DNA from: an uncultured Eubacteriales bacterium | Lineage (GTDB): Bacteria; Bacillota; Clostridia; TANB77; CAG-508 | NCBI GenBank assembly: GCA_963542845.1 | Contig: CAUTZA010000003.1 | Span: forward strand, 14,746 to 78,745 | Direction of reading: 5' to 3' | Length of the DNA stretch: 64,000 nt | In this document: positions 48,574 to 61,327 of the stretch, piece by piece | Layout of the letters: every line of letters begins with the position of its first letter | How positions within the stretch are numbered: the first letter of the stretch is position 1 | Translations under genes and position numbers: made by a program | Notes under the pieces: model-generated | Seen by the model: only the letters and a program-made list of their open reading frames with translations | Told to the model about the DNA's origin: nothing | Database searches by the model: none

Positions 48574-49332
48574 TTAATTTTCTTCTTTCTCGTTTTCCAT
48601 ATAGGTCATATACATATGGTATAAATAATAACCTATATTTGAAAAATTTTCTAACTCTTCTTGGTAGTTTCCTGAAACCATTATTGGAAATAACAGATAA
48701 CTATTTTTATAAAAGAATTGATTATACGCCATATCTTTTTCGTCTACAACGACTCTATACGAGTCTATCGGTTGCAATATAATTTCTCCTTTAGTTACAT
48801 TTTCCAAAATTATTGCTTGAAGATTTATTGGAGTATTATTATATTTCCAATAGGCCATGTTCAGGTCTATTGTATACAATGAAATATGTTCCTTTATCAC
48901 TATTTCTCCATTAACAACAAATGCTTGAATTTTATAGGAGTCTCCTCCTATAATGTATCTATCTTCATTTAGTTGTTCATTTATTTTGTTGTAAATAAGT
49001 TTATTTGCTTGTATATTAAATAGCAGCAAAATTTTACTTAATAACTTATTCTCCTCGTCTCCTAAATACAAAGCAAATATTTCGCTATTTGCTTCAAGTA
49101 CTAAACAAGATTCTTCTGGAATATATTTAACATTATCTATGTCAATATATCCCCGATTAGTTTTAATTTTCTTGAATTGATATGTGTTTTCCGATAGTTT
49201 TTTTAATATACTAACTAGTTTTTTGGAACTGAATTTTCCTATTTTTATTTTTATTTCTTTCTTTTCATCTTTTTCATTAATCAAGATTACTTCCTTGATT
49301 TCATTCTTATTCTTCATAACAACCACCTCCAT
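48574..49332 (-). CDS. hypothetical cytoplasmic protein (252 aa), paralog
   Basis: See previous. Confidence 0.35.
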   Translation of the reverse strand: MEVVVMKNKNEIKEVILINEKDEKKEIKIKIGKFSSKKLVSILKKLSENTYQFKKIKTNRGYIDIDNVKYIPEESCLVLEANSEIFALYLGDEENKLLSKILLLFNIQANKLIYNKINEQLNEDRYIIGGDSYKIQAFVVNGEIVIKEHISLYTIDLNMAYWKYNNTPINLQAIILENVTKGEIILQPIDSYRVVVDEKDMAYNQFFYKNSYLLFPIMVSGNYQEELENFSNIGYYLYHMYMTYMENEKEEN

Positions 49333-49429
49333 ACTACCAAAATCTTAGTAGTATTTAATTTGTTTTTTGTTTACACTTTAATATTACCATCTTTTCTTAT
49401 TTTTGACAAATGTTTTTTGCTTTTGTTTA

Positions 49430-52400
49430 TTATTTCTTAATAACTTCTGTCATATTATTTACAAGTATAATGGCTTCATCTTCTTTTATACTTAATTTTC
49501 CATATATACCAACAACATTATTTTCTTTTATAATATCCTTATATCTATCATATACACTTTCAAATATCATAAGATTCATTGTTCCATATATATCTTCAAG
49601 TTCAACAAAACAAATCATATTTCCTTTTCTACTTATCTTTTTATTAATACTGTTTATTATCCCTACTGTTTTTATAATATCTTCATCTTTAAATTTTGTT
49701 GTCTTTTCTTCTTCATCACTATATTCTATTCCATTTTCTATGTCTTCGTCTATTATATTTTCTATATTTCCTGCATTTCCTGTAAGATTTACAAAATCTA
49801 TTGAATTAAATGTAATAACATTTTTAAGCTTATCATATATCTTAGTAATTGGATGTCCTGATATGTATATTCCTATCATTTCTTTTTCATCAAGTAATTT
49901 TTCTTTTTCTGACATATCTTTAACATCTATATATAGGTGGTCCACTTCATCTTTTTTATCATCATCTTCTTCAAATATTTCAAACATACTTGTTTGATCT
50001 TTCATAACACTTGTATTTGATTTTGTAAAATATTCTATAATATCTTCATATGATTCTAATAGTTTTTTTCTGTTATTTTCAAGTTCATCAAACGCTCCTG
50101 CTCTTATCAAAGATTCTATTGATTTCTTATTTACTCCAAGTTTTGATACACGTTTTATAAAATCGGTAAAGTTAATATATTCACCATTTTGTATTCTTTC
50201 ATTTACAACTATCTTTGCTGAAGCACCAACATTTTTTACACTTCCGAAGTCCAAAACGAATAATTTTCTTTCCTTTTTCTACAGAGAATTTTATAAAACT
50301 TTTGTTAATACTTGGTTTTAGTACTTCAACACCTTGCTTTTTAGCATCTTCTATATATATAGGAACTTTATCTAGATTTCCTAAATAACTATTCATTGTT
50401 GCTGCCAAAAACTCTTCTAAATAATATGTTTTTAGGTACGCTGTTTTGTATGATAGAACTGCATATGCCGCTGCATGTGACTTATTAAATGCATATTTAG
50501 CAAATTCTGCCATTTCATCAAATATTGTATTTGCTGATTTTGCATCTATACCATTTCTAACACAGCCTGGAACTTTAACCTCTCCATCTTCAACAAGTCC
50601 ATTTATAAATATTTCTCTTTCTTTTTCCATTACATCAAGCTTTTTCTTACCCATTGCTCTTCTTACTAGGTCTGCTCTTCCGAAGAGAATATCCTGCTAG
50701 TTTTCTAACTATTTCCATAACCTGTTCTTGATATACCATACAACCATATGTAACACTTAAAATACTTTCTAAAGCTTTATGGGTATATACATTATGTCCT
50801 GGGTTTCTTTTTCCTTTAATATATCTAGGTATTTGATCCATTGGTCCTGGACGATATAATGAAACACCTGCTATTATATCTTCTAAATTATCAGGCCTTA
50901 ATTCTTTCATAAACTTAATCATACCTGCAGATTCAAACTGGAATATTCCCATTGTATTACCACTTTGCCAAAGTTCATAAACCTTTTTATCGTTAAAATC
51001 CTTGTCATATGTTATATCAATACCTCTTGTTTTTTTTACAATATCTTCACACTCCCTTATAACTGTAAGGGTTCTAAGTCCTAAGAAATCCATCTTAAGA
51101 AGTCCTAATTCTTCTAATGTTGTCATTGTATATTGTGTAACAACATTGTTATCATTTAAATATAGTGGTACATATGTATTTACTGGATCTTTTGTTATAA
51201 CTACACCGGCATGCATGTGTTGATGCATTTCTTGGCATTCCTTCTAATTTTTTAGCATTATCTATTAGATTTTTAATTTCTTCATCATTATCATATTCTT
51301 CTTTTAATTCTTTACTTTCTTCCAATGCAGTTTCTATTGTTATCTTATTTTTCATTGGTATCATCTTAGCTATTTTGTCTACCTTTGCATATGGCATATT
51401 AAGAACTCTTCCTACATCTCTTATAACCATTCTTGCAGACATTGTACCAAATGTTATAATCTGTGCTACATGATCTTTTCCATATTTTCTTTCAACATAT
51501 CTTATAACTTCTTCTCTTCTTTCATTACAAAAGTCTATATCAAAGTCTGGCATGCTTATTCTATCTGGATTTAAAAATCTTTCAAAAAGTAATCCATATT
51601 TTATAGGGTCAATATCTGTTATATCTAGTGCATATGCAACAATTGATCCTGCTCCAGAACCTCTTCCGTGGTCCTACTGGTATTTTTTGTGATTTTGCAT
51701 ATGTTATAAAATCCCAGACTATAAGGAAATAGTCTGTATATCCCATCTTAATAATTACATCTAGCTCATATTTTATCCTATCTACTATTTCCTTATTTTC
51801 TACATAATTTTCACCATATTTTTTAACAATACCTTCATATGTTTTTTGTTTTAAATATTCTTCATGTTTTTCACCATTTGGTGTATCAAAATTAGGTAAC
51901 TTTGTATTTCCAAATTCAAATTCAAAATTACATTTTTCTGCTATTTTAACTGTATTTTCTAATGCTTCTGGGAAATTTGCAAATTCCTTTTTTATTTCTT
52001 CTGGTGATTTAATATATAATGTGTCAACATCTATTTTCATTCTATCTTCATCATCTATCTTTTTACCAGTTTGGATACAAATTAATATATCTTGTGCTTT
52101 TACATCTTCTTTACATGTATAGTGAACATCATTTGTTGCAACAAGTGGTATATTAAGTTCTTTTGAAAGTTTAACAATCTTTTGATTTACTATTTTTTGT
52201 TCTTCAATACCATTTGCCTGTATTTCTAAATAATAATCATCTCCAAAAACATCTCTATACCATTTAGCAACTTCTTTTCCTTTTTCATAATCTTCAATTA
52301 TATTTCTTGCAAGCTCACCTGCTAAACATCCAGATAAACATATTAATCCTTCTGAATGTTCTTTCAATGTTTCTCTATCTATTCTCGGCTTATAATACAT

Positions 52401-52739
52401 ACCTTCTGTATTTGCTATAGACACCAATTTTATAATATTCTTGTATCCAATTTCATTTTTAGCTAATAGTCCTAAATGATATCTTGTATCATCAATCCCT
52501 GGTTCCTTATCTTGCATTCTTCTTTTAGCCATATATATTTCTACACCTATTATAGGTTTTACACCTTCTTTTTTACATGCCTTGTAAAAATCTACAGCCC
52601 CAAACATATTCCCATGGTCTGTTAATGCAACTGCATCCATTCCTAAGCTTTTAACTATTTTTGGTATTTCTTTAATCCTGTTTACACCATCTAACAAACT
52701 ATATTCACTATGTAAGTGTAAATGTACAAATTCCCCCAT
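49430..52739 (-). CDS. dnaE: DNA polymerase III alpha subunit (DnaE-type, N-terminal PHP domain); four +1 frameshifts (~50246, 50682, 51208, 51668)
   Basis: PHP motif [15 protein letters not shown]; [65 protein letters not shown], (HhH) [13 protein letters not shown]; five ORF fragments colinear with DnaE joined by single-C deletions. Confidence 0.9.
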
Positions 52740-52749
52740 ATCATCCTCT

Positions 52750-53550
52750 AATATTCCACACTGTATAACATAAGTCCATTTCCGTGGAACAGTCTTTCCG
52801 TGCTTTTGTTCTATCTTTTGCTTCTAACACTTCTTTCATTTCTTCTGGTCTTCTTTTTCCGAAGTCCTATTTCTAAAAGTGTCCCAACTATTATCCTTAC
52901 CATATTATACAAAAATCCATTTCCTGTAATTTGTATAATAATCCTATTTTCATTTTTTCCATCTTTTCCTATATTTTCTTCCGAATATTTTCCATATATA
53001 TCAACATTTTTTCTCTCAATTGATATATCATATATTGTTCTTACCGTTGTTTTCTTGTTTTCTCCTGAAGATTTAAATGACTTAAAATCATGTTCCCCAA
53101 TTAGGTATTTTGCAGCTTTCTTCATTCTTTCAACATCAAGCTCTTTTCCTACAAAATATTCCCTATTTTTAGTAATTGCTGAAACATATTCATTATCATT
53201 TAATGTATATACATATGTTTTTTTCTTTGCATTAAACCTACTGTTAAAATCTATATCTACTTCTTCAATCCCTTTTATACAAACATTTTTAGCTCTTGAA
53301 TTAAACCCAAGCATTATACTTCTTAATTGTATCTTATCATTTTCCGTCTTAAAATTTGCTACTTGATTTAATGCACTTACATTTGCATCTGTTCTTCCGA
53401 GACCCGAACAACCTCTATCTCTTCTGAAAGTATTGATGAAAGTACTTTTTCTACTTCTCCTTGAACAGTCTTAACAGTTTTACCAGTCTGTTTTTGCCAT
53501 CCTTTAAATAATAGTCCATCATATTCTAATATTATTTTAATATTTCTCAT
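52750..53550 (-). CDS. truA: tRNA pseudouridine(38-40) synthase TruA; five +1 frameshifts (~52784, 52800, 52861, 53399, 53406)
   Basis: [32 protein letters not shown] (catalytic Asp), [20 protein letters not shown]; fragments joined by single-C deletions. Confidence 0.85.
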
Positions 53551-53553
53551 ATA

Positions 53554-55943
<2,390 letters not shown>

Positions 55944-55953
55944 ATCTAGATAT

Positions 55954-55987
55954 ATAAAAAAAGAGACACTATTTTCAAGTATCTCTT
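55954..55987 (-). terminator. intrinsic terminator/attenuator hairpin in leader of desulfurase-mnmA-truA genes
   Basis: Minus sense agagatac-ttgaaaata-gtgtctct followed by U8, ending ~10 nt before RBS/ATG of 54702..55943. Confidence 0.45.
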
Positions 55988-55990
55988 ATA

Positions 55991-56068
55991 TAGGTTAGGT
56001 GGGACTGCCACCCCCCACATCTTCTTGTCACCTTCCCTTAAGGGCTTGGCGCGTTGGGACAGCGTAAC
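55991..56068 (-). promoter_or_regulatory. GC-rich structured leader element (candidate riboswitch/attenuator aptamer or small RNA), class unknown
   Basis: ~78-nt island of >60% GC (ggttaggtgggactgccaccccccacatc...gggcttggcgcgttgggacagcg) in otherwise very AT-rich intergenic DNA, immediately 5' of a terminator hairpin. Confidence 0.3.
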
Positions 56069-56262
56069 TTAATACTTTTCAACTTCTAACCTATATTTAT
56101 ATAATATCAGTTTCTCATATATAGTTCAATCTTCTTATGACTTTAATTTAACAAAAAATAATATTAAATACATTTATTTTTAATAATTATACTGTATTTA
56201 TTGACTTTTTAACATTAATCATATATTCAACTTTTTTTATAATATAACATTTTCTAAATAAC

Positions 56263-56286
56263 AAAAAACAACCATATAACTGGTTG
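56263..56286 (-). terminator. rho-independent terminator after tRNA cluster
   Basis: Minus sense caaccagttatatggttg + U7 directly after tRNA-Leu 3' end. Confidence 0.5.
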
Positions 56287-56294
56287 CATTTCTT

Positions 56295-56383
56295 GGTGCA
56301 GTTGGCCGGAATCGAACCGGCACGAGGGTTAAGCCTCGCAGGATTTTAAGTCCTGTGCGTCTACCTATTCCGCCACAACTGCA
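56295..56383 (-). tRNA. tRNA-Leu (anticodon TAA), long variable arm, CCA encoded
   Basis: Minus sense GCAGTTGTGGCGGAATAGGTAGACGCACAGGACTTAAAATCCTG...GGTTCGATTCCGGCCAACTGCACCA. Confidence 0.85.
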
Positions 56384-56409
56384 TATTGTTTGGAACAATT
56401 CCATTAATA

Positions 56410-56495
56410 TGGTGGGCAGGGTAGGATTCGAACCTACGTACTCTCACGAGAACAGATTTACAGTCTGCCGCCTTTAACCACTCGACCACCTACCC
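56410..56495 (-). tRNA. tRNA-Tyr (anticodon GTA), long variable arm, CCA encoded
   Basis: Minus sense GGGTAGGTGGTCGAGTGGTTAAAGGCGGCAGACTGTAAATCTG...GGTTCGAATCCTACCCTGCCCACCA. Confidence 0.85.
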
Positions 56496-56506
56496 AAATA
56501 AATTAA

Positions 56507-56583
56507 TGGTGCACCCTCAAGGACTCGAACCTTGGACCCACCGGTTATGAGCCGGTTGCTCTGACCAACTGAGCTAAGGGTGC
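56507..56583 (-). tRNA. tRNA with CAT anticodon, most likely tRNA-Ile2 (lysidine) rather than Met, CCA encoded
   Basis: Minus sense GCACCCTTAGCTCAGTTGGTCAGAGCAACCGGCTCATAACCGGTGGGTCCAAGGTTCGAGTCCTTGAGGGTGCACCA; anticodon arm resembles Bacillus tRNA-Ile2. Confidence 0.75.
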
Positions 56584-56698
56584 AACCGTACTTTTCAGTA
56601 CATGAATTATTTTAATATATATACTCTCTTTTGTCAATCTATTTTATATATTTTTTTCTTTATTTTTAAAAAAGATTGAAATATGTAGAGTATATACA

Positions 56699-57322
56699 TT
56701 ATTTTTCTTCTAAGTATTCAAATAATACATTATATTCTTTATACTCATCACTTGAATTTACAAGCCCTTTTATAATCTTCTTAGCGTTTTCATCTGCAAG
56801 ATTTAACATACTATTTGCTTCTGCATCTTTTACTGCTTGTTCTTCCATTTTCTTAAGACTATCATTGTGTTCTGTCATATTTATCTTTGTAAAAATGCTA
56901 TCAGAATCTAAATAAGCTCTAAATGAATCTGTATTTATCTTAGCCTTATATATTTTTGCATGTGGCAATTTTATCTTAACATTTTTTTGTTCTTTTTCTA
57001 CATTATATGTTATTTTACTAAAATCAACTCCTGCATCTACTTCTATATCATAGCTAAATATCTTTCTTGTTTCTGTAAAAGGTATTTTAAACAAATTAAA
57101 AAAATCTATATTTTTCTTATTATCTTTTACAACTGTTAAATATGCTGTTTGTGTTACAAGTTGTCCAACATTTTCAAACCCTAGCTTAGTAGTTTTTGGT
57201 GAAGAACTTATATACTTTGTTCCTAAATTTGCAGTTATTTGAACTGCTGCTAGTGCAATAATAATTATAGCTGCCCATTTCACTATAGTTATTACTTTAT
57301 CCATTATCCCTTTGTTTTTCAT
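56699..57322 (-). CDS. hypothetical membrane-anchored protein (DUF4230-like)
   Basis: N-terminal TM anchor VITIVKWAAIIIIALAAV, soluble C-terminal domain. Confidence 0.35.
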   Translation of the reverse strand: MKNKGIMDKVITIVKWAAIIIIALAAVQITANLGTKYISSSPKTTKLGFENVGQLVTQTAYLTVVKDNKKNIDFFNLFKIPFTETRKIFSYDIEVDAGVDFSKITYNVEKEQKNVKIKLPHAKIYKAKINTDSFRAYLDSDSIFTKINMTEHNDSLKKMEEQAVKDAEANSMLNLADENAKKIIKGLVNSSDEYKEYNVLFEYLEEK

Positions 57323-57396
57323 GATAGTTCCTTTTCTCGCTTAATAATAATTAAATTATATATTCACATATATGGTTTGTCAAACAGTTATATTAG

Positions 57397-57425
57397 AAAA
57401 AGATCTCAGTTGTTGAGATCCTTTT
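57397..57425 (-). terminator. rho-independent terminator after rplT
   Basis: Minus sense aaaaggatctcaacaactgagatcttttt. Confidence 0.5.
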
Positions 57426-57437
57426 AATATTTCTTAA

Positions 57438-57785
57438 TTATTTTGTTATTTTTTCTACTAAAGCTTTAAATCCTTGTGCATCATTTACAGCCATTTCTGC
57501 TAACATTTTTCTGTTAATGTTTATATTAGCTTTCTTTAAACCGTTTATTAATTGACTGTAAGTAACATTGTTTGCTCTTGCTGCTGCATTTATTCTTATT
57601 ATCCAAAGTTTTCTAAATTCTCTTTTTCTTCTCTTTCTTCCGAAATATGCATAAACTCCTGATTTCATAACAGCTTGTTTAGCTATTTTGTAGTTTGTAC
57701 CTTTTCTTCCGAAATATCCTTTAGCTTGTTTTATTACTTTTTTATGTCTTTTTCTAGTAGTTTTACCTGCTTTTATTCTTGCCAT
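57438..57785 (-). CDS. rplT: 50S ribosomal protein L20
   Basis: [28 protein letters not shown]... Confidence 0.9.
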   Translation of the reverse strand: MARIKAGKTTRKRHKKVIKQAKGYFGRKGTNYKIAKQAVMKSGVYAYFGRKRRKREFRKLWIIRINAAARANNVTYSQLINGLKKANININRKMLAEMAVNDAQGFKALVEKITK

Positions 57786-57795
57786 TTCCTACCTC

Positions 57796-58005
57796 CTATT
57801 TAATCTTTCCATATGGTAATAGTTTTTTGATTTGTTTTACTCTTGATTTATCAACCATTCCATCTTGTACTCTAGCTGTTTTCTTTTGTCTCTTTGTTTT
57901 ATTTGCTAATAAGTGTCTTCTATTTGCTTTAGTTCTTTTTAACTTACCTGTTCCTGTATGAGCATATCTTTTTGCTGCTGCTCTATTTGTTTTTATTTTT
58001 GGCAT
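57796..58005 (-). CDS. rpmI: 50S ribosomal protein L35
   Basis: MPKIKTNRAAAKRYAHTGTGKLKR; true start at MPKIK within the longer ORF. Confidence 0.85.
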   Translation of the reverse strand: MPKIKTNRAAAKRYAHTGTGKLKRTKANRRHLLANKTKRQKKTARVQDGMVDKSRVKQIKKLLPYGKIK

Positions 58006-58026
58006 ATATTCCTCCTTCAAAATATA

Positions 58027-58533
58027 CTATTTTTTCTTTGATAATATCATATACATTGATTTACCTTCTAGTGATGGTTGTTTTGATACATCTGCAATTT
58101 CTTCTAATTCTTCTGCAAATTTAACTAATACTTCTTTACCCATATCAGTTTTAACAATTTCTCTTCCCCTGAATCTCATTGTTACTTTAACCCTATTTCC
58201 TTTATTTAAAAATTCTCTAGCGTTTTTAACTTTGAAATTCATGTCATGTGTTGCAATATTAGCTGATAATCTAATTTCTTTTGTTTCTGCCATTTTAGAA
58301 TTTTTCTTAGATTCTTTTTGTTTTTTAGCTCTTTCAAATGCCATCTTCCCATAATCCATAATTCTTGCTACAGGATTTACTGTATCTGGAGATACTAAAA
58401 CTAAATCTAATCCTTTTGAATCTGCAATATCTTGCGCTTTGTCTGTATCCATTACTCCCAATTGTTCACCATTTTCATCAATAACCTTTAATTTCTTAAC
58501 CTTAATTTGGTCATTCATTATTTGTCCTTTTAT
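58027..58533 (-). CDS. infC: translation initiation factor IF-3, probable non-AUG (AUA) start
   Basis: IKVKKLKVIDENGEQLGV...; GGAGGT-6 nt-ATA AAA GGA CAA ATA ATG; IF-3 genes classically start with AUU/AUA. Confidence 0.8.
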   Translation of the reverse strand: MKGQIMNDQIKVKKLKVIDENGEQLGVMDTDKAQDIADSKGLDLVLVSPDTVNPVARIMDYGKMAFERAKKQKESKKNSKMAETKEIRLSANIATHDMNFKVKNAREFLNKGNRVKVTMRFRGREIVKTDMGKEVLVKFAEELEEIADVSKQPSLEGKSMYMILSKKK

Positions 58534-58544
58534 ATCTTACCTCC

Positions 58545-58579
58545 AAAAAAATAGACTTACCAAAAAAAAGAAAGTCTAC
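58545..58579 (-). promoter_or_regulatory. hairpin + U-run in infC leader (candidate L20-responsive attenuator/terminator)
   Basis: Minus sense gtagactt-tcttttttttgg-taagtctat + ttttttt immediately 5' of infC RBS. Confidence 0.3.
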
Positions 58580-58934
58580 ATAAATATACAACACATAGAA
58601 TATGTGTCAATTATTATATTATTAACCTTAGTCCTAACATAATCTTAAGGTGAGAATCATTTCTTCTTTTTCGTAAATAAATAATACTACATTTCTAACT
58701 AATTGTCAAATACCATACTTAAAATTGAGTTTATTGCAATTGTATTTATAATATTATTTTTATCTATTTATTATATAACTCTTCATTAAAATTAAACATT
58801 TCATTTTCTATTATAGTATCTAGTGATATTTGTTTATTTAGAAAATCATTTAATCTCATATCATTAGTATAAAAATGTTCATTTTTCATATTAGTATTGT
58901 TTTTTTCCATCCAAGTTTCAATCATTTTTCCCTC

Positions 58935-59891
58935 TTATTTTCTACTATTATTATTTTGTTTCACTTTTACTCTCTCATTTAACAATAATCTATCTATATT
59001 TCTTATTCCTTCTTTTTTACCTATTTCATTAAATATATATTTCAAATCTTTATGATATATTAATTTTTTTTCATCGTATGGATTTTCTACAATATGTATT
59101 AAATAAGTTTCTATTGTTGAAAATATATCTTCTTTTTTTAGTATAAAATTATACTTATTTTTTAGGATATAATCATATTTTTCATTAAATTTTTCTATAA
59201 TTACACTTGAATATTTTTTAGGATTATTCAGCGCAAAATAGAATAATTTATCTGATATTATTTTTCGTATAAATTCAATATAACACATAACTTCTGAGTT
59301 TTTTTCACTTATATGTCTAGAATACACAAAATTTTCTTTTAATTCATCTATATATATAATTACATTATCATTAATTCCTAATATATCACAAACCTCATAG
59401 TCTGAAAAAATATCCATTATATTTGAATAATGTCCATTGTATTCTGGATATCTTCCTTCTTCATCTTCTATATAATATCCATTAGAAAAAATCTTTCCAC
59501 CTTTTCTATGAATATTTACAATTTTGTCTAACTCTTTATATATCATTATTTTAAACTCTTTTATAATTCGTTCTTTTGAAAATTTTTCATCTAACTCTGT
59601 AAGCTTATTATAATTATTTGACATATGGTAATATACTTTCTTTTCATCATAATTATAGTGTACATATATTGAATGATATTTTTCTATTTTTCTGAAAGCT
59701 ATGACATTCTCTTGTAAATTATATATATACTTATCTAACATTGCAATACTGTTTTCTTTTCCAACTATATCTTCTAAATGGCTTGTTTTATCAAATAAGT
59801 AACTTACTATAATTATCTTAAAAAAGCTATCTATTTTTGTTCTTCTAAAAAATTGTGTCAATTTTTTAGTTATCTCTATTTTATCGATCAT
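58935..59891 (-). CDS. hypothetical protein (318 aa), third gene of AAA+/VWA cluster
   Basis: ORF only; 4-nt gap to upstream gene suggests co-transcription. Confidence 0.35.
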   Translation of the reverse strand: MIDKIEITKKLTQFFRRTKIDSFFKIIIVSYLFDKTSHLEDIVGKENSIAMLDKYIYNLQENVIAFRKIEKYHSIYVHYNYDEKKVYYHMSNNYNKLTELDEKFSKERIIKEFKIMIYKELDKIVNIHRKGGKIFSNGYYIEDEEGRYPEYNGHYSNIMDIFSDYEVCDILGINDNVIIYIDELKENFVYSRHISEKNSEVMCYIEFIRKIISDKLFYFALNNPKKYSSVIIEKFNEKYDYILKNKYNFILKKEDIFSTIETYLIHIVENPYDEKKLIYHKDLKYIFNEIGKKEGIRNIDRLLLNERVKVKQNNNSRK

Positions 59892-59909
59892 TATTTCTCC
59901 TTTCCCATA

Positions 59910-61313
59910 CTAATCATCATAATCTCTATCATAATAATCATCTTCATCATCAAGTTCATCATAATAATTAGAACTATATTCTCCATTATGATATTTTTCT
60001 AATGTTGGATTCCCATTAATCGATACATCATATACTAATTCTGGATTATAATCACACATATTGGGATCAACCCAATCATGAGCAGTAGGATCATCCCATG
60101 AATATCTATCTTCTGTACAAAATAAGTATGGAACCTTATCTGAATTACACAAACTTGCCATTTCACATATTGAAGATAATCCATCAAAATCTGCAAGAAT
60201 TATTGAAAACTCTGCATCATTTGACATTTTTGCTGCAGTTAAAGGGGTTGGACATGCAATTTTACTTACTTCTCCTGCATTATACTTTTCTAATGTCTTC
60301 CTAGTATTATATACCTTATCTTCTACCATATCTCTACTATAGAATCCATTCCCACATGCTGCTAAATGACAATCATATCCTTGTTTTGCTAGTAATGAAA
60401 CTACTTCTGGCATAAAATCTTGAAGTAACCTATTTGAACTATTCCCATATACTCCTGATGTATCTATAAAAAATTGAATATATCTAGCATCTTTTAAGTC
60501 ATATTTATCTCCCATTATTTTATAACTTTGTTTTTTTAATATATGTTCTAATATTCTTATTTTATCATATGTTTCACTACCATCTTGCTTATCTATTCCC
60601 GAATGTTTTGCCGCTATCTTTTTTATTATTTCAATCATATATTTTTTCAAATACTCATCTTTATTCTCTTTTTTAGCTAATTCTTCTTGTATTTTTTTTC
60701 TTTCAAACATTTCTTTTATTTGTTCTTCTAATTCTTCAGGTGTTGTAACTGGCTTTATCTTTGATGGGTTTTTTCCACTTCCTGTGATATAGTATTCATC
60801 TTTTCTTTCATTATTCTTTTCGTCATTTTCATCGTTACTATTCCCTATTCCACCAGTATTATTTTTTTGTTTCCCATCTTTTTTTCCTTTTTCCGGTATT
60901 CCTTCACCATTAATATCCTTATTCTCTACTCCTTCTTTATTCTTATCACCTGTTCCTTTCCCTTGTCCTTCTTGTCCATTATTACTTCCTTCATATTTAT
61001 TAGTTTCTGCATTTTCTTTATTCTCGTTTTTTTTTCCTTCTTCTACCTTTTTTTCTCTTTCACTATTTTCTCCATCTTTCACTGCATTAGGAGAATCCTT
61101 TATTTCTTTAGAAGCTTCATCTCCTCCATGTGATTCTTCAGTTTCCTTACTTGTTGGTTCATGAACTTCTTGTGTTTCTTTAGCATCTTCTGGTGATTCT
61201 AAAGATTTATCTTCTTTTTCATATTCTATTTTTTCTTCTATATTTCTTTGTTCTTCAATTACTTTTTCTTCTATCTCTCTAAACAATTTATCAATATTAA
61301 CTTCAAAAATCAT
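59910..61313 (-). CDS. acidic/Gly-rich disordered N-terminus + C-terminal VWA-like, Cys-rich domain protein (putative partner of AAA+ ATPase)
   Basis: ~200-aa D/E/K/G-rich low complexity; C-terminal YIQFFIDTSGVYGNSS (MIDAS-like) and multiple Cys. Confidence 0.4.
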   Translation of the reverse strand: MIFEVNIDKLFREIEEKVIEEQRNIEEKIEYEKEDKSLESPEDAKETQEVHEPTSKETEESHGGDEASKEIKDSPNAVKDGENSEREKKVEEGKKNENKENAETNKYEGSNNGQEGQGKGTGDKNKEGVENKDINGEGIPEKGKKDGKQKNNTGGIGNSNDENDEKNNERKDEYYITGSGKNPSKIKPVTTPEELEEQIKEMFERKKIQEELAKKENKDEYLKKYMIEIIKKIAAKHSGIDKQDGSETYDKIRILEHILKKQSYKIMGDKYDLKDARYIQFFIDTSGVYGNSSNRLLQDFMPEVVSLLAKQGYDCHLAACGNGFYSRDMVEDKVYNTRKTLEKYNAGEVSKIACPTPLTAAKMSNDAEFSIILADFDGLSSICEMASLCNSDKVPYLFCTEDRYSWDDPTAHDWVDPNMCDYNPELVYDVSINGNPTLEKYHNGEYSSNYYDELDDEDDYYDRDYDD

Positions 61314-61327
61314 AATATTAATTTTCC

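Noticed and set aside
55991-56068. GC-rich island as SRP (4.5S) RNA or a T-box element
   Set aside because: It lacks the conserved SRP domain IV motif (GGAAGGAAGCAGCC-like) and the T-box core. It is kept as an unclassified leader element instead.
58595-58612. Palindrome acacatagaatatgtgt as a regulator operator
   Set aside because: It is a single 7-bp AT-rich inverted repeat with no partner site or adjacent regulator gene; chance occurrence is plausible in this composition.
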